From the NCBI RefSeq assembly GCF_947568905.1, contig NC_079166.1:23126001-23190000 (forward strand): a stretch of DNA of 64,000 bases, in the 5' to 3' direction. Position numbers and translations under genes: made by a program. Source of the DNA: Ostrea edulis (Eukaryota). Below, in pieces: positions 49,763 to 62,930 of the stretch. Under the pieces are notes generated by a model that had not been told where the DNA came from, made no database searches, and saw only the letters and a program-made list of their open reading frames with translations. The first letter of the stretch is position 1. Each line of letters starts with the position of its first letter.

Positions 49763-52700
49763 ATGTCTTTCAGCATTATGTATATTCTCCCAGTTCTCAT
49801 ACTCAAATGGATTACCTGCAACTCCTTTGTGAATGGTAAGCATGAATCGTATATCGCCTTCAATTTATAATGATCAATATTTGAAAAGATAAACCTTTCT
49901 CTCGTCATATATATTTTTAAAATTCGACTGAATATTAATGTAATGTTACAGTATGTAAAGAATTTGTCTATTGAGCAGGTTAAGTCCCAAAACATTGGAT
50001 GGATTTGAATGACATGTGTATTCGATAAAGAAATGTGGATTTATGCCTTTATATTGTAGGTCAGATATGCACCACTGACACTACTGGTGAGTATATTAGT
50101 AGGCTTAACCTTCGGAATTTATTGATATGGCGCTGCACTGCCTCAACCGCACGATGATTATTTTTCAATCTGATTAAGATACAGACCTCTCAAACAGCGC
50201 AGTCTTACATCATCGTTTGCAGTTTCATTACTCTGTGAAAGATAACTCTGCAATTTCGAATTATTCCTCGAAATAATAAACACTCTCATGTGTTGCATTA
50301 TGCATGGACATGTACACATGTCTAAGTACACATACAGTATGTCCAAAGGGGATACAGATATCATTAACTAAATCAAATTGTTTAATTTTTCTAAATCAAT
50401 CTAATTAAAGATTGATATTTTTAACCATTATTTCCTAGTCTCTTTATCTCAGCTGTAGTTCAGACCTGTGGAGAAACTACTAAGACAACCGGAGAAATGT
50501 ATCTGGATTTCTATACCGGGAAGCTGGCGACAAACTGTTCATGTCTACTTGTTCCCATGTTTTCCGGGCGGATTATAGTTAGCATTATATCGATGCCAGA
50601 TATTGAATCTCGGTTAATTATTGCTGAACAAGGTAATGGAAGAATAAATAACACATTCATGGACTACAGAAAGAGTCCCATAATGAAGAGAGTGAAAGAA
50701 CAGAGACCAGTCATCATCAGACCTCACTACCATTCCACTGGACAAAACTTCTTCTGTGTATCGGTCTCCTCTCAAGGTATGCGGATATAGATGAGTGTAA
50801 TAAAATGTGGGATTTTTGTTTTCAGTGATGGCACGTTTAGCTTCATGCAAACAAAGGATAGGACTAGTAGCAGATTCAAAGTTTAATTAAATAATCCCAA
50901 TAAATAAGGTATGTACCATTCATGGAAATATCATCCATGCAACTATTTGAAAACCACTCTGATGCAATTTACTGGTATGTGCATAATTGTTCTTTTTATG
51001 TATAGAAAAACGAACATAATTTCTTTTCAACACAGTGTAGATGTCAAATATTCCGTGCGTACAGACCTAACTTTCCGTGATTTAATCACAATCATACGGT
51101 CATAGTAAGAAAAGCCAGATTTGTTAGCAGAAACCAATGAAATAAAAATGATAAAAAATACCACCAAAATGTTTAAGGAATATTAGATAACTGTTCATAA
51201 TATGCTGTAAAGAATGGAATATGCCAATTTACATGTACTGTTACAGTACGATTTTAAGTTCTATGTTACAATATCTTAATAGTGATATCCAGATGGACGT
51301 CTTAAGTCATTCATTGTTTAGGCTTTAGGGTACATTTAGTATTGTATTATATTTGTTCTGTACATCGACAGAAATACTCGGTACACAGCCCTGAAATAAA
51401 CACTCTATGTACTTAGAACGGTGATCTGTTTCTATGTACAGTCTTCTACTTTAAGGTGAAGGGGATATCAAGATTTCCTGCGGATCTGACTCAAATAACT
51501 TGACATCGATGGACAAGAATCCCACCGATTTTAACGCACTGGTTCCACGTCGGATATGTGAGTAACAACAATGTCTGTTTTCTGATTCATGCTTATTAAC
51601 CACTTTAGGACTAACCAACGTAGTTTACCACGTACTGAATATGTGTTTTAGCCGTGACAATAATGCTTTATGATATAGAATAATCAAGTTCATCAATATC
51701 GCATTACAGATAGAAAACATTCCTTCTTTGCATTTTAAGTCCCGTGGCGATCCGGGTTAGAGTAGGTCCTCAGTACCCCTTGCTTGTCGTAAGAGGCGAC
51801 TAAATGGGGCGGTCCTTCGGATGAAACCGCAAAAATCGAGGTCCCGTGTCACAGCATGTATGGCACAATAAAGATCCCTCCCTGCTCAAATACCGTAAGC
51901 GCCGAGCATAGGCCTAAATTTTGCAGCCCCCCGCGGCAATTGTGACGTTTCCATGTGAGTGAAATATTCTAGAGATGGACGTTAAACAATATACAATAAA
52001 TTGATTATATATTTTAGTCACTGTGTATGATGAATTTCAACCTTCCCTCTGCGGTGGTCTAGAGGTAGAACGTTCGACCCACATGCGGAAGGTCGGGGTT
52101 TGAAAGACCTTAGTCGTTAAAATTAATAGTGACAGTTCCATCTCCAAACGCTCGGCATCAGGTGTTAACGTCACGGGTCATCAAAGATTACCTTAAAAAC
52201 GGATGTCCCGTGTCACCGTAGGTGTGATGCGCTAAAGAAACCCTCACTGCCCTATTGAGGTAAGCGCTCAGCATGGGCCTATATTTGAAGCCCTTCACTG
52301 GAATAGGTGACGTCTCCATATGAGTGAACAATTCTCGAAAGGGACGTAAAACAAGATACAACCAATCAATCAATCAATCAATTTACCATTCCACCCTTGG
52401 TGTGTTCAGGGGTCCGTGTTTACCCTGTACTAGATTTTGTATTCTTTATAAGATTATGAGATCCGTCGCTGTATGTTATCTTCACTGTTTTCATGTGTGA
52501 TATGACGAGAAGTTATTTTAGGGAGCATTGTGACGATAGGTGTAACTGTATCCTTCCTGGTTCTGTGCTTGTTCACGGTGTGTCTCTATATGCACGTGCG
52601 CGGAAGGTATGTATGAAAATCATAATTTACAACGTATCCACGTGTTATAAGATATCATTAATTATTGATTAAGGAAGTAGTATATTGTGTGTCAGAAATA

Positions 52701-53067
52701 CAATCAAATTCCAGTGCTGAGTATTTTTCTTTTCAAATTAAAATATCAATTTTACCTCCATTATGGATAAACAACAATAGGATACCGGATGTTAATGACA
52801 GGACATGTTTAACATATCACTTTATCTTGTTTTAGAGCGGAGAAGTCTACAATAGAATCTGACGGAGGAGACGAAATAACGCAAACAAGCCGTGTCTTCT
52901 ACAGCGTCCGCGACAGTGAACATGTATCTCCGAACATTTATAATGAATACGAAAAGCTGGGGATGAAATCAATGCATTTCTACAATGATTTATCATTAAC
53001 AGTTGATCAAACATCGATATCGCCATACACCAATGTTCCAATGGATGAAAATACGTCCGACATATAA
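49763..53067 (+). CDS. Type I membrane receptor with atypical CUB-like ectodomain and tyrosine-motif tail (gene D, 280 aa)
   Basis: Exons 49763-49835 (signal peptide ending VNG), 50060-50086 (27-nt microexon QICTTDTT), 50453-50776, 51456-51557, 52522-52606 (TM SIVTIGVTVSFLVLCLFTVCLYM) and 52836-53067. Total 843 nt, all GT-AG, phases consistent, no stops. Confidence 0.85.
51741..52005 (+). mobile_element. SINE, structured non-tRNA head, in intron 4 of gene D
   Basis: Starts cccgtggcgatccggg like the copy at 39952 (minus). Shared body gtcccgtgtcac...aaagatccctccctgctc...gagcataggcctaaattt. Confidence 0.8.
52045..52383 (+). mobile_element. tRNA-derived SINE (MetaSINE-like body) with (CAAT)n tail
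   Basis: A-box-like gcggtggtctagaggtagaa head and degenerate B box. Body shared with 51741-52005. Tail caatcaatcaatcaat. Confidence 0.75.
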
Positions 53068-54609
53068 AATTAAGGTTACTTATTGCAATGAAACTTAAAA
53101 CGTATTTCACCTCGGTGTTTGTTGTTGTGAAAATATATTTAGCATTAAACAGTGAATCAAAAGTAAAACCTTATTGTTCTCTTTAAGTCCTTATTTATAA
53201 TTATAATGATATCAGTATAATATTAATTCATGTTTTGTTATGTATTTATTGTTTTAGTTTGTTTTACATATAAAACGCTTTAGGGTAATTGTGTTGATTA
53301 GAGAAAGCACTATATACATGTACAACAATACTATTTCATTGAACATCGATGCAAACGGAAACTATATGACAAATGGGATGACTCCCGCTACTACATCGTC
53401 AACTTCCCATATTCATGCAGCAATATTTCAATATCACTCCCATATGGTATTGATGTCTCTCAGCTGATTTAATATGCGAAAGAATGTTTTGCGTATGATC
53501 GTTTTTTTTAAATCGAGACAGGCTACTGAGAAAGAAGTCGATGGATTTCAACATTTTGAAGTTTTCGTTTGTGGTTTTGCCTCACTATCATCATCGCCGT
53601 CGTCGTACTCATCATTTCTACTATAAAATATGTTCTTCGGGCAATAAACAATACAGGGTTTTATCAAGTACCCATTTGCCAATTTACAAACTAAAGAATA
53701 CTATCTACACATATATGCATGATACTTTTATTTAGTTAGTATTGGCGTCGAACAAAGATACTGATTGTTTTAATCAGTGACATATTAAAGTACTCGAGTT
53801 GTCACTTAAAACGATGTTATTGGGATGAGGCTGTCTGTTTAGGCAATACTAAGGAGTTGGAGTCTTTAGTCTGGGCATTATCTCAGCACCATTGGGGTGT
53901 GAGGTTTATATTTACGACGTATTGTTGGGTTAAGTTTGTCAGTCTAGGTAATATTTAAGGGCTAAGTCTGTTAGTTTACGAAATATATCAAAAGATTTAG
54001 TTACTTGGTTTACAGGATATTAAAGGAGGCTTGTCATTTTAGGGGTTATCAATGACTACGGATGTCAGTCTAGGCAGTGACAAGGACACGGCTTGTCCGC
54101 CGGGGTGGTAAACATGGAATGATGTTGTCAGTATTGACGATTAAAAATGTCAGTTCCTAGGAATATCTTTGTCATTATAATAGCGGACTAGTATTGAAGT
54201 TGTAAGCCTCGCAGGTATTCTACAATTAGATGTGTCAGCCCTAGCGATGTACATTATTGGAATGTTTATTCGTTTTTATATCGACCGTTGGGATAGGAGG
54301 TTGATGATGAAACATATGACAACGGAGACTAAAATCGAGTTTCTATGAAGCTTACTATTCCACGTGGAAATTTCAAGAGTTATCTAACTTCCATGAAAAT
54401 CATCTGTTTCTAGGATTCTTTGACAGATATTTACGAAAACAACGGAAACTTTTTATGTATTTTCAATCTTGGTACATGTATATCGTTCTTCGTGGCAAGT
54501 TCCCATAATTTGTTCTGTTTATTTTATGAATATATCAGTTGTACAATCCTTATATTTTCAACTCGCCTCAATTTGCACAAAACCTTTAAACAATTACACC
54601 ATTACCTAC

Positions 54610-56253
54610 AGTACACGACACGAGTTTTATGCGTGTTCCACGCAACGCGGTGGAACAAATTTGCCCCAAACACGGTGGACCTTTAAAATTGTCGGCACCT
54701 TTGAAGTCCTATTTTTCTGCGCGAGCTAGACATTGAAGTCCACGGAGGATCTCCGTGGATGCCACCGCGCATCTCCGTGGATGTCACCTGTACCTCCGTC
54801 GATGCCACCGTGTACCTCCGTGTGATAAAACCAAGAAATAATTTCCGAAATAATTCACCCAAAAAACCTTTTCGCTTGGCCAGCATGCATGCCCCCACCC
54901 CATTACTTATTTAGAAATTAGCTATAAATCATTCAATTCTTGTAATTGTTGTTTAATGATACGTTGGTGTTTTCGGTACATATCCGTATGTAGACTTCCC
55001 TGCAGGCGTTCACACCTTTTTATGAAACGCCCAAATTCTCGACATCCTGTATATAAACACCTGTATTATTCCTACCACTCGTCGGTACATTGTTTCACGG
55101 CACGTGCAGCACAATTTCACCAAATAAAAAAAGGGTCATGAACAACGACAATCACATGCCAGTAATTTCAATTTGATAAATAGCAGTTCAAAGAAATATG
55201 TACTATAAACAATGATTTATTTTTACGTAAAGTTTTAATTGTAATTAGGAATATGTGATTAAGGTCAGCTATATACATGTACATGTTTACATTGGAGATG
55301 AATTTCATTATGTACTCAACTGTGAAGCAATGTGAGCAAAGAATCAAATTTTTATCATCTAAACAAATAAATATTTATAATATCTTTACTTTTAAACAAA
55401 CCTTTAGAAAACTCCGTACTTTCATTAAGAAAATAATAAAATAAAATGTGCTCCCCTACCTAGAATGTCCATACTTCACATTAATAATAATACGTTTTTT
55501 TTTAAAGGTTTTTTTCTTCTAACTTGATAAATACTTTATTACACGCATGTATTATTTACTAAATGTATATATAACAGTTTTTTGTCTTTATATTTTTGTA
55601 TACCATTGCATAATGGTGATGAGATCCAATAAATTGAATTGAGTACATGTAGTCTTGAAATATCACAAAGTATATAGTTGACAACGATTGAAATAAAAAT
55701 GCAGACGTTTTCTCGTTTATTCAGTAACTCAATAACTTGCGCGTCTTCTGAATGAAAGTTGTAAAACAAACGTACTAGGTTTTGGTCAGTTATAACATAA
55801 TATGGGGGTAAAATTCATCTAATCTCCGCTAGCAATGGGTTTTGAGTCAACTGTGCCTTCGTGGACGAATAATCTCGGCTTGCGAAGATGGAAAGAAAAA
55901 AAAGCCTAGATAGTCCGCTTGCATTAACATGTATTATGAAGGTGAAATCGAAGAATTATCCAGTAAATCCATTGATGTTGCAGTATATATAGCATGTATT
56001 TATTTTATTTTTGACTGAGAGGGAGATAGACAGCTAAGCACGTAACATCGTTTTAGAAGGAGGGGGATTCATTCATTAGTCCTAACCCGGACCAGCCGAA
56101 AAATTTAACATGTAAGGAAAACAAAATGGGAAATAAAAAAAATATTAGAATGAAAGGGGATGGATAATTAATCAGAAAGAAATTGTACTTTCAAGATTTA
56201 TACTGAACGTATTAAACTTCCCGTATCTGCATACATTCATGAATATTACCAAT

Positions 56254-56304
<51 letters not shown>

Positions 56305-56616
56305 CTTTCATTATCTAATGCATCTAAAGATTAAATTAAAGATTTTAATAATCGATAGCGTATATGAATAAAAGCAAATAATCGTTAAGTCTTTTCTGTT
56401 TCTATTGATATTAGTCTTTTTTTCATGAACTAGTTGCCTTTGACACCGAGGATTTACATCCTTAAATATTGATTACAAGCACGTAGAATCGGAGAGGGTG
56501 TACTTTGAAAACTTGAAAGTTAAGGATTTAGCCTTGTAGCTTGTAGCGACCTACCCACTGCACGATTTAAGAAATTGAAGTCGGAAGGGGAAATTGAGAC
56601 AGTTTCAGACTACTAC

Positions 56617-56647
<31 letters not shown>

Positions 56648-57495
56648 ATACACACATGCTCCCAATTTAAGGTTTTCCTAATCGGACAATTTAAGCACCA
56701 TTTTTGTTGTTATTTTATTTCTTGTCAAGAAATTTACACAACTTAACCGGCAACATACCCCTTCTGATACATTGAAAAATATAAGTAATGTTAGCACGGG
56801 GCTCTATAAAGTTTAATCTGCAGTTTGGTCATACTTCGTCATTCAATAACTTGTTCAAAATAAAAAAAAAATGTTTGTCGGGTTAGCGGTACTATGATGT
56901 ATGACTATAACAATGACCTGTGTATAACTTGTACATTCCATGCAAATTTGAAGGGGTTTTCGCCTCAGTAGAACAATGGGGGTCAGCTAATCCGTGTATT
57001 TGAAATCAACAGAAGTGCTTAGCTTCTTGCGGAAAGTGTGAAATATATTGGGTCGGCGCAAGATACCCGTGATCTTGGACTAGATCTGATATCGCGCCGA
57101 CCCAATATATTTCACACTTTTCATAAGAAGTCAAAACCCAAACTAGCCAACCGTAATTGAGTTAACTGTGACAAAGAACCTAGGAATTTGCATGGTATAT
57201 ACTTATTATACAAAAATCATTGCATTATCCAGACACTCCCGATGAACATTTTTTTTTTATGAAAACCTCTATCAAAGTTCATCGAACATAAGTCTCGGTC
57301 AAATGTAATTAACTCGGGATTTTAAAAATAAATCATTCGATGGTTTGTATGTTTGCTTCTATTAATTACGTAATAAATTAATTCCAATTTGTTAATCATC
57401 GAAAATGCTCTAATTTCTATATTGGATCAAGTTATATTTGTCAAGATGCATATCAACACAATATGATGGAAGTAATTATGTTAAACAGCACATTT

Positions 57496-57557
<62 letters not shown>

Positions 57558-58061
57558 ACATCGGTAATTATTAAATATCCCCATCACATGTTGTACATGT
57601 ATGTTTTTCATTTACTGAATATACTAATTCGCATTCAAAACAGGAATTGCCTGCAAGTACGCATTATTTAAACATAGAATTTAAGAATATTTTAATGAAG
57701 AAAGAAGACTAAAAGAAAAAATTCAAAACCAGGTTTTCTTAAAAACATAATATATAGTGTTTGGTATCGTTGGAATTGGCTCAAAATGCTGAAAAACAAT
57801 ATAAGTATCAGGGGGGGGGGGGGGGGAAATATTGACATTTTTTTCTTTTCTTAAAATTCCACCCTTATCTCGATTATTTGGCCTGCGGCACATTTTCACA
57901 TCTCCCGTAAGGCGCCCGTGGCCAGAACAAAGCTCTTAGCAGCTGTGTGTATTCACAAATAACACACACCGTGGAACACGGAGGACACGGTGTATCTCCG
58001 TGGATTTTCCACCGTGGTCTTTCCACGGTGGGGTGTATAAAACTCGTGTCGTGTCGTGTAC
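54610..58061. mobile_element. Candidate ~3.45-kb element bounded by inverted termini with subterminal ccacgg/ctccgtgg repeats
   Basis: agtacacgacacgagttttat at 54610-54630 has its reverse complement (plus one extra gacac unit) at about 58036-58061. Both ends carry clusters of ctccgtg/ccacgg motifs. No target duplication was found. Confidence 0.45.
57033..57120. repeat. Perfect 27-bp inverted repeat with 34-nt spacer
   Basis: aaagtgtgaaatatattgggtcggcgc (57033-57059) / gcgccgacccaatatatttcacacttt (57094-57120). Confidence 0.9.
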
Positions 58062-58199
58062 TTGACTGCGTCTTTCTATTTAATTTGTTCGCATTGATGA
58101 TGGCATTGTCAACATATTCTTGATATGGAAGTTGCAAGTAAAGTAATCATACATGTGCTCTTGCAAAAGGAGCTATGTATGATCAACTTAACACCACAA

Positions 58200-58582
58200 T
58201 GGTGACCGGCCGACGGGGGATGCTTACCCCTCATAGGTACTTGACCCCACCTCTGGTGTGTTCAGGGTTCCGTGTTTGCCCAAACTCTCTATTTTGTATT
58301 GCTTGTAGGAGTTATGAGATTGATCACTGTCGTTATCTTTACCTTTCACCTAAATCTTCACAACGTTGGTATTGGGCTCAGTACAATTATGTCAACGATT
58401 TCAATGCTTGGTATCCAGAATCAAAGAAGACGACTTTCTAAGATGAAAAGTGAAGATAACGAACAGTGATCAATCTCATAACTCTCATATCAAAGCAATA
58501 CAAAATAGGTAGTTGGACAAACACGGACCCCTGGACACACCAGAGGTGGGATCAGGTGCATAGGAGTAGTAAGCATCCCCGG
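58200..58582. mobile_element. Tail-to-tail inverted pair of Naiad-type 3' ends
   Basis: Plus copy at about 58200-58348 and minus copy at about 58445-58582, roughly 100 bp apart. Confidence 0.85.
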
Positions 58583-59696
58583 TGATATGATGTATTTTCA
58601 ATATATGGCAAAGTTAGCCCAGCCCAGGGGCATGAACTCTGAACTCAGGGAGCATGCCACTTGTCATTACAGCCTTGCAAACATGTTGCTTCCCCGATGT
58701 AAAAGATTTTCTGATATATGATCCATTTTAAATGTACCACCAACTTACTCCACTGGTGCATGACGCCTGAATGAAGGGGTCCTGCATTTTATGAGTTCGG
58801 TATAGTGCACGCTGATCATTAAAATCAGTTTGACTGCTTGAATTCCAGGAGTAAATGCGATTTTCTAAGATACAATGGATTTACAACATATTACCAACAC
58901 AGGAACCAAGTATTTCTCATTTTTGGTTTGTTATGTTCATGCCAGGAAGAACGATGTTTGAAGATTATATTAATTTTGATGGATTTCGCCACACCCCTTA
59001 TACCCCAGGGACGCAGAGTCTATAAAGTTAATAATTTCTTCTACCCATCGAATCATTTATGTTATATACCAAGATTGGCTGGAAATGGTTCAGCCCCTCA
59101 GCAGCAGAAACTGAAAATGTTCAAATGTTTACGCCAGATGCAGGATGAGCGACGTACGACGACATGCGAAAAGAGATATCAGGAGGTCACCTGAATGACT
59201 CGGGTGACCTAGAATATATCAATAAAGGTCACCAAAATGCGTCAAAAAGCAGAAAACCGTGACCTCAGCCTGATTTTCGCTTAAATTGTCCATACATGCT
59301 TCTGCGATAAACAGATTAAATAAATCAAGTGGCCTTAACATTCACACGTTCATGCGGTGGTTGTGAATCACTGACGATAGGCCGGTGAGTTACAAAGCAT
59401 ACACTCATAGCATACAGGAAATAAATGATCACACGACAAATTTCCGAAACATTATAATTAAAAATTAAGTACATTAAGAATACATGGTATATCAGGAAAT
59501 ATATAAAATGCCAACAAGTACTTGCCCATCTTAAAACGTTCTCTTTGTCTTTTGCAATTACATTAAATTGTGGAAAGGTCAGATCATCAGTAGTTTACAT
59601 TGCAAGTGGGTGAGTGTTTTGATTCGCCTTAATGATGGACTTCCTTTAAACGGCTAGATGCCGTATGTAGGTGATGACTTATTGCTTAGAAGGAAA

Positions 59697-61119
59697 ATGA
59701 AATCAATGAAGAGTGCACGAATAAATGATTTAATTAATTACGCTTTGTTTATTTCGTTAACGGTGGATCTCTGGCATAACCAAACCGTGAACGGTAAGTA
59801 TGTTTTTTTTTATTTCATTCATTCACTATTTACAAATCATGAAATACTGTGTATAGTCTAAATTTCGCTCCATTTTAATGTTCGCTTTTTTATCCGTAGG
59901 TTATAGTCTATGTTAGGAATTCAGTGAAAGTAGAATAAAAATTTAACGAAAAAACATTTGACCTGGATACCGTGAAAATAACAAGACGTGGATCTAATGT
60001 TGCATCAGGATTTATGTTCCAATATGTAAGGATTCACATGTTTGAATTATGTTCCAATATGTAAGAATTCACATGTTTGAATTGTATTCAATTCAGAGAA
60101 CGTACACAGACTCTTGTAAATGCTTTATGCCCGTGTTGTCAGGAAGAAGCTGCTGAAATAGTATGTAGGAATAATGACCTTAGGGAGACCAATGTTTAAT
60201 TAGAAATCCCTTTCGAGTGATATATCGGTTTATATCAAAACCAATGGTTTGTATGTATGTCATATAGCTACTGATAAGAGAGGTGCACGCTCGTTGCACT
60301 AGTCCCCTCCCCCTTCGTGAGTTCTTTCCCTGATGACGTAATCAATTTATTAACAAAATATTAATTCAAATTCATAACTTGTTCATTATCTAGATCCATG
60401 CTACAGAACATATGCAATGAAATTTAAAGACTGTTCTGATACTTGTTCTTGTTGCTACATGCGTTGAAAGAAAACCTTTAAATCAAGGGATGTCAGATCG
60501 TGTCGTTTATTGACTAAATAAATGACACAGAAAAACAAAAATATATACAATATTTTACATATACCAAATATTGATCGAATTTGATTGCTTGGATAAGATC
60601 ATACTGTGATAAGGATATTTAAAAAATTATGTTGCAAATTAGTGCTTAACCCAGCTATTGTTGTATTATGGTTAAAGGTTTGTGCAACATAAAGGTGGCG
60701 TAAAAAAGGCCCACTTGCACATACTAGACCAAACTAAGTAAACATGTCAAACAATCCAAGCCACATGTATAATAAACTAGTCCACAATGGTTATAATTTA
60801 TAGTGAATCCCGAGCCCACTCCACATCGAACTCGAGCATGATTGCAAATGCGAATAACGGTTACAATATGTAAAATACTAGATATTTGATAATGTTATAT
60901 GAAATGAAAATAGCTTGCATATTATACATTTTCTGATATGAAATTCACGTTCTCACACGGAGACTTCCAAATACCAATCAAGTATGTATCATTCAATCAA
61001 ACTTCTTGGGGAGGATTGCAAAACTCGCGAACTCGGGTGGTTAAGAATGCTGATTAAATTACACAGACAGTATATAAACATTTGTATTGCAGGTCAAATC
61101 TGTGGACATTCAACAAGTA

Positions 61120-61170
<51 letters not shown>

Positions 61171-62930
61171 CTTGCTACGACATATTACTTCTTTAACATA
61201 ACATGCATACCTAAGTTTTTTTTTTTTTTTTTTTTACAGATATCATCAAAACCTGCGGAGAGAAGCTGATGAACGTCAGTGACGCGTCTCTTGATTTCTA
61301 TACAGATAATCTCCAAACAGATTGCCATTGTTCGTTGAAAGCTAGTCGGAATGGACACATTCAATTTCAAGTCCTGTCGCATCCAAACAAGGAGAATTGT
61401 TTTAGCCAAATTAATATTCGAACTGCATCCATTTTGGGGGGATCTCTTATCTTTATTAACTGTAATTTGATAAGTGAAAAAATAAACGTACAGGGGGATA
61501 GTGACGTCATATCGATATGGCTTTCCCATTCCCGTAACAGAACACCAGTCAAGAACGGATTTTTCTACTGCCTTAATATCTCAAGTATCGGTGAGTGGAT
61601 TTTCCCATATACATTTAGAGTTTACAATATTGATCAATAATAAATAGGAGAAAGGCATGTAGATTGTTGAACTGCACATCGCGGGATCGAATTCATCAGG
61701 TTTTGTTTTCACATTACTTTATATTTAAACTGCCTTTTTAACTAAAAAGAGTAAATTAGAAAATTTTCAGTTCCAAAATACTGTTTTACATATCCTTCGC
61801 TTCCCATCCATATCAAAATTGACCTGGTGTAGCAATCATCCTTAAAACGGGACAATAGCTTACACTGAACAAGCATTTTGAAAGGTTGAAAATTATAATG
61901 AACATGATGAAGAGAACGAGGGTCAAAGGTCATTATGTGCAAGATTCGTACTTTATTTACATATTAAGCATTGTCTTACTATCTGATGTTCTGCCGATAT
62001 ATTCCAATAAAGATAATATATATTGTAACATTATAGAACAAATGATTTTTTTTTATTATATTCAAATATATTTGGTTGCTAAGCAACACTACCATAACAA
62101 ATGTTATAAAAAAGTACCACCGTATCTTTCCTCTCTAAGTCCAATGTATACGAATGTTCAAGCACATATTTTCATTCACTAAATTTGAATGTACTTGCAT
62201 CGTAGTATACAAAAATGTGCTTTTTACATTCAACCTCTCAAAACCTATTTCTAGACATAATTCTTGGTACAGGGTTGTCGACATGCATTGGCCAAAATCG
62301 GTCAATCGACTGGAACTTCACGGGAAACAAGATAATGCCCAAAATCTTAAACAAAAAGTATTTTTTGATAATAAAATTAACGAAGACATCTTTCACTTCA
62401 AATGTATATTTTTTTTAATGTAATGTTTCTATGTACTTAATTGACTTTTATCTGCTTAAAAAAATAGAAACAATCTTTTAGATATAATATGGAAACTATA
62501 CATGATATATCTTATGCCCGTAGCTTCAAACTAGAGACACCCCTTTCGCGTAGTCCTGTTTTTCGCACCCTCGGTCAAATTGACTGGTGTGGTAGAGAAA
62601 GGATTAAAAAAGGATTATTGTCCACGAATCGAATGTTACAGGATGTACGTTGATATACAATTGATCATTTTAGTTCCATTAAATTAATTATATCAAATCG
62701 ACTTCAAACGGTATCAATCAATCAATCATGTTGTAGAATCATGGCGGGTTTTCTCTGCGGATTATCGCAGATCTGTCACGTCAGAAAAGTATTTTTCTAT
62801 AGTTTATGTAATGTCAAATAACAATGGTGAATAAATTCGTATATTTCAGATCATGAAAGCAAATTAAATTTACGTTGTGATGAGAAATCTAGTGCTAAAA
62901 AAGAAATGAACGCACCCTCTTCCTCACAAG
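59697..62930 (+). CDS. Third CUB-like-ectodomain paralog (gene E), 3' part not in the window
   Basis: Exons 59697-59793 (ends TVNG), 61093-61116 (24-nt microexon QICGHST), 61240-61590 (TCGE...LDFYTDNLQTDCHC...FYCLNI) and 62850-62930 (KLNLRC). Same exon phases as gene D. No TM exon is seen before the window ends. Confidence 0.75.

Noticed and set aside
50826-50908. Alternative exon after the gene D domain exon
   Set aside because: It would need a 49-nt intron and hits a stop. The exon at 51456-51557 fits the paralog pattern better.
51741-51815. HDV-like ribozyme in the SINE head
   Set aside because: A P3/L3-like hairpin (ggt-cctcagt-acc) and a P4-like stem exist, but I could not build consistent P1 and P2 pairings.
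52045-52120. tRNA gene
   Set aside because: The cloverleaf is incomplete and continues into a SINE body and (CAAT)n tail.
59900-60200. Additional exon of gene E after the acceptor at ~59899
   Set aside because: In-frame stops occur immediately. The 59793-to-61093 splice is in phase without it.
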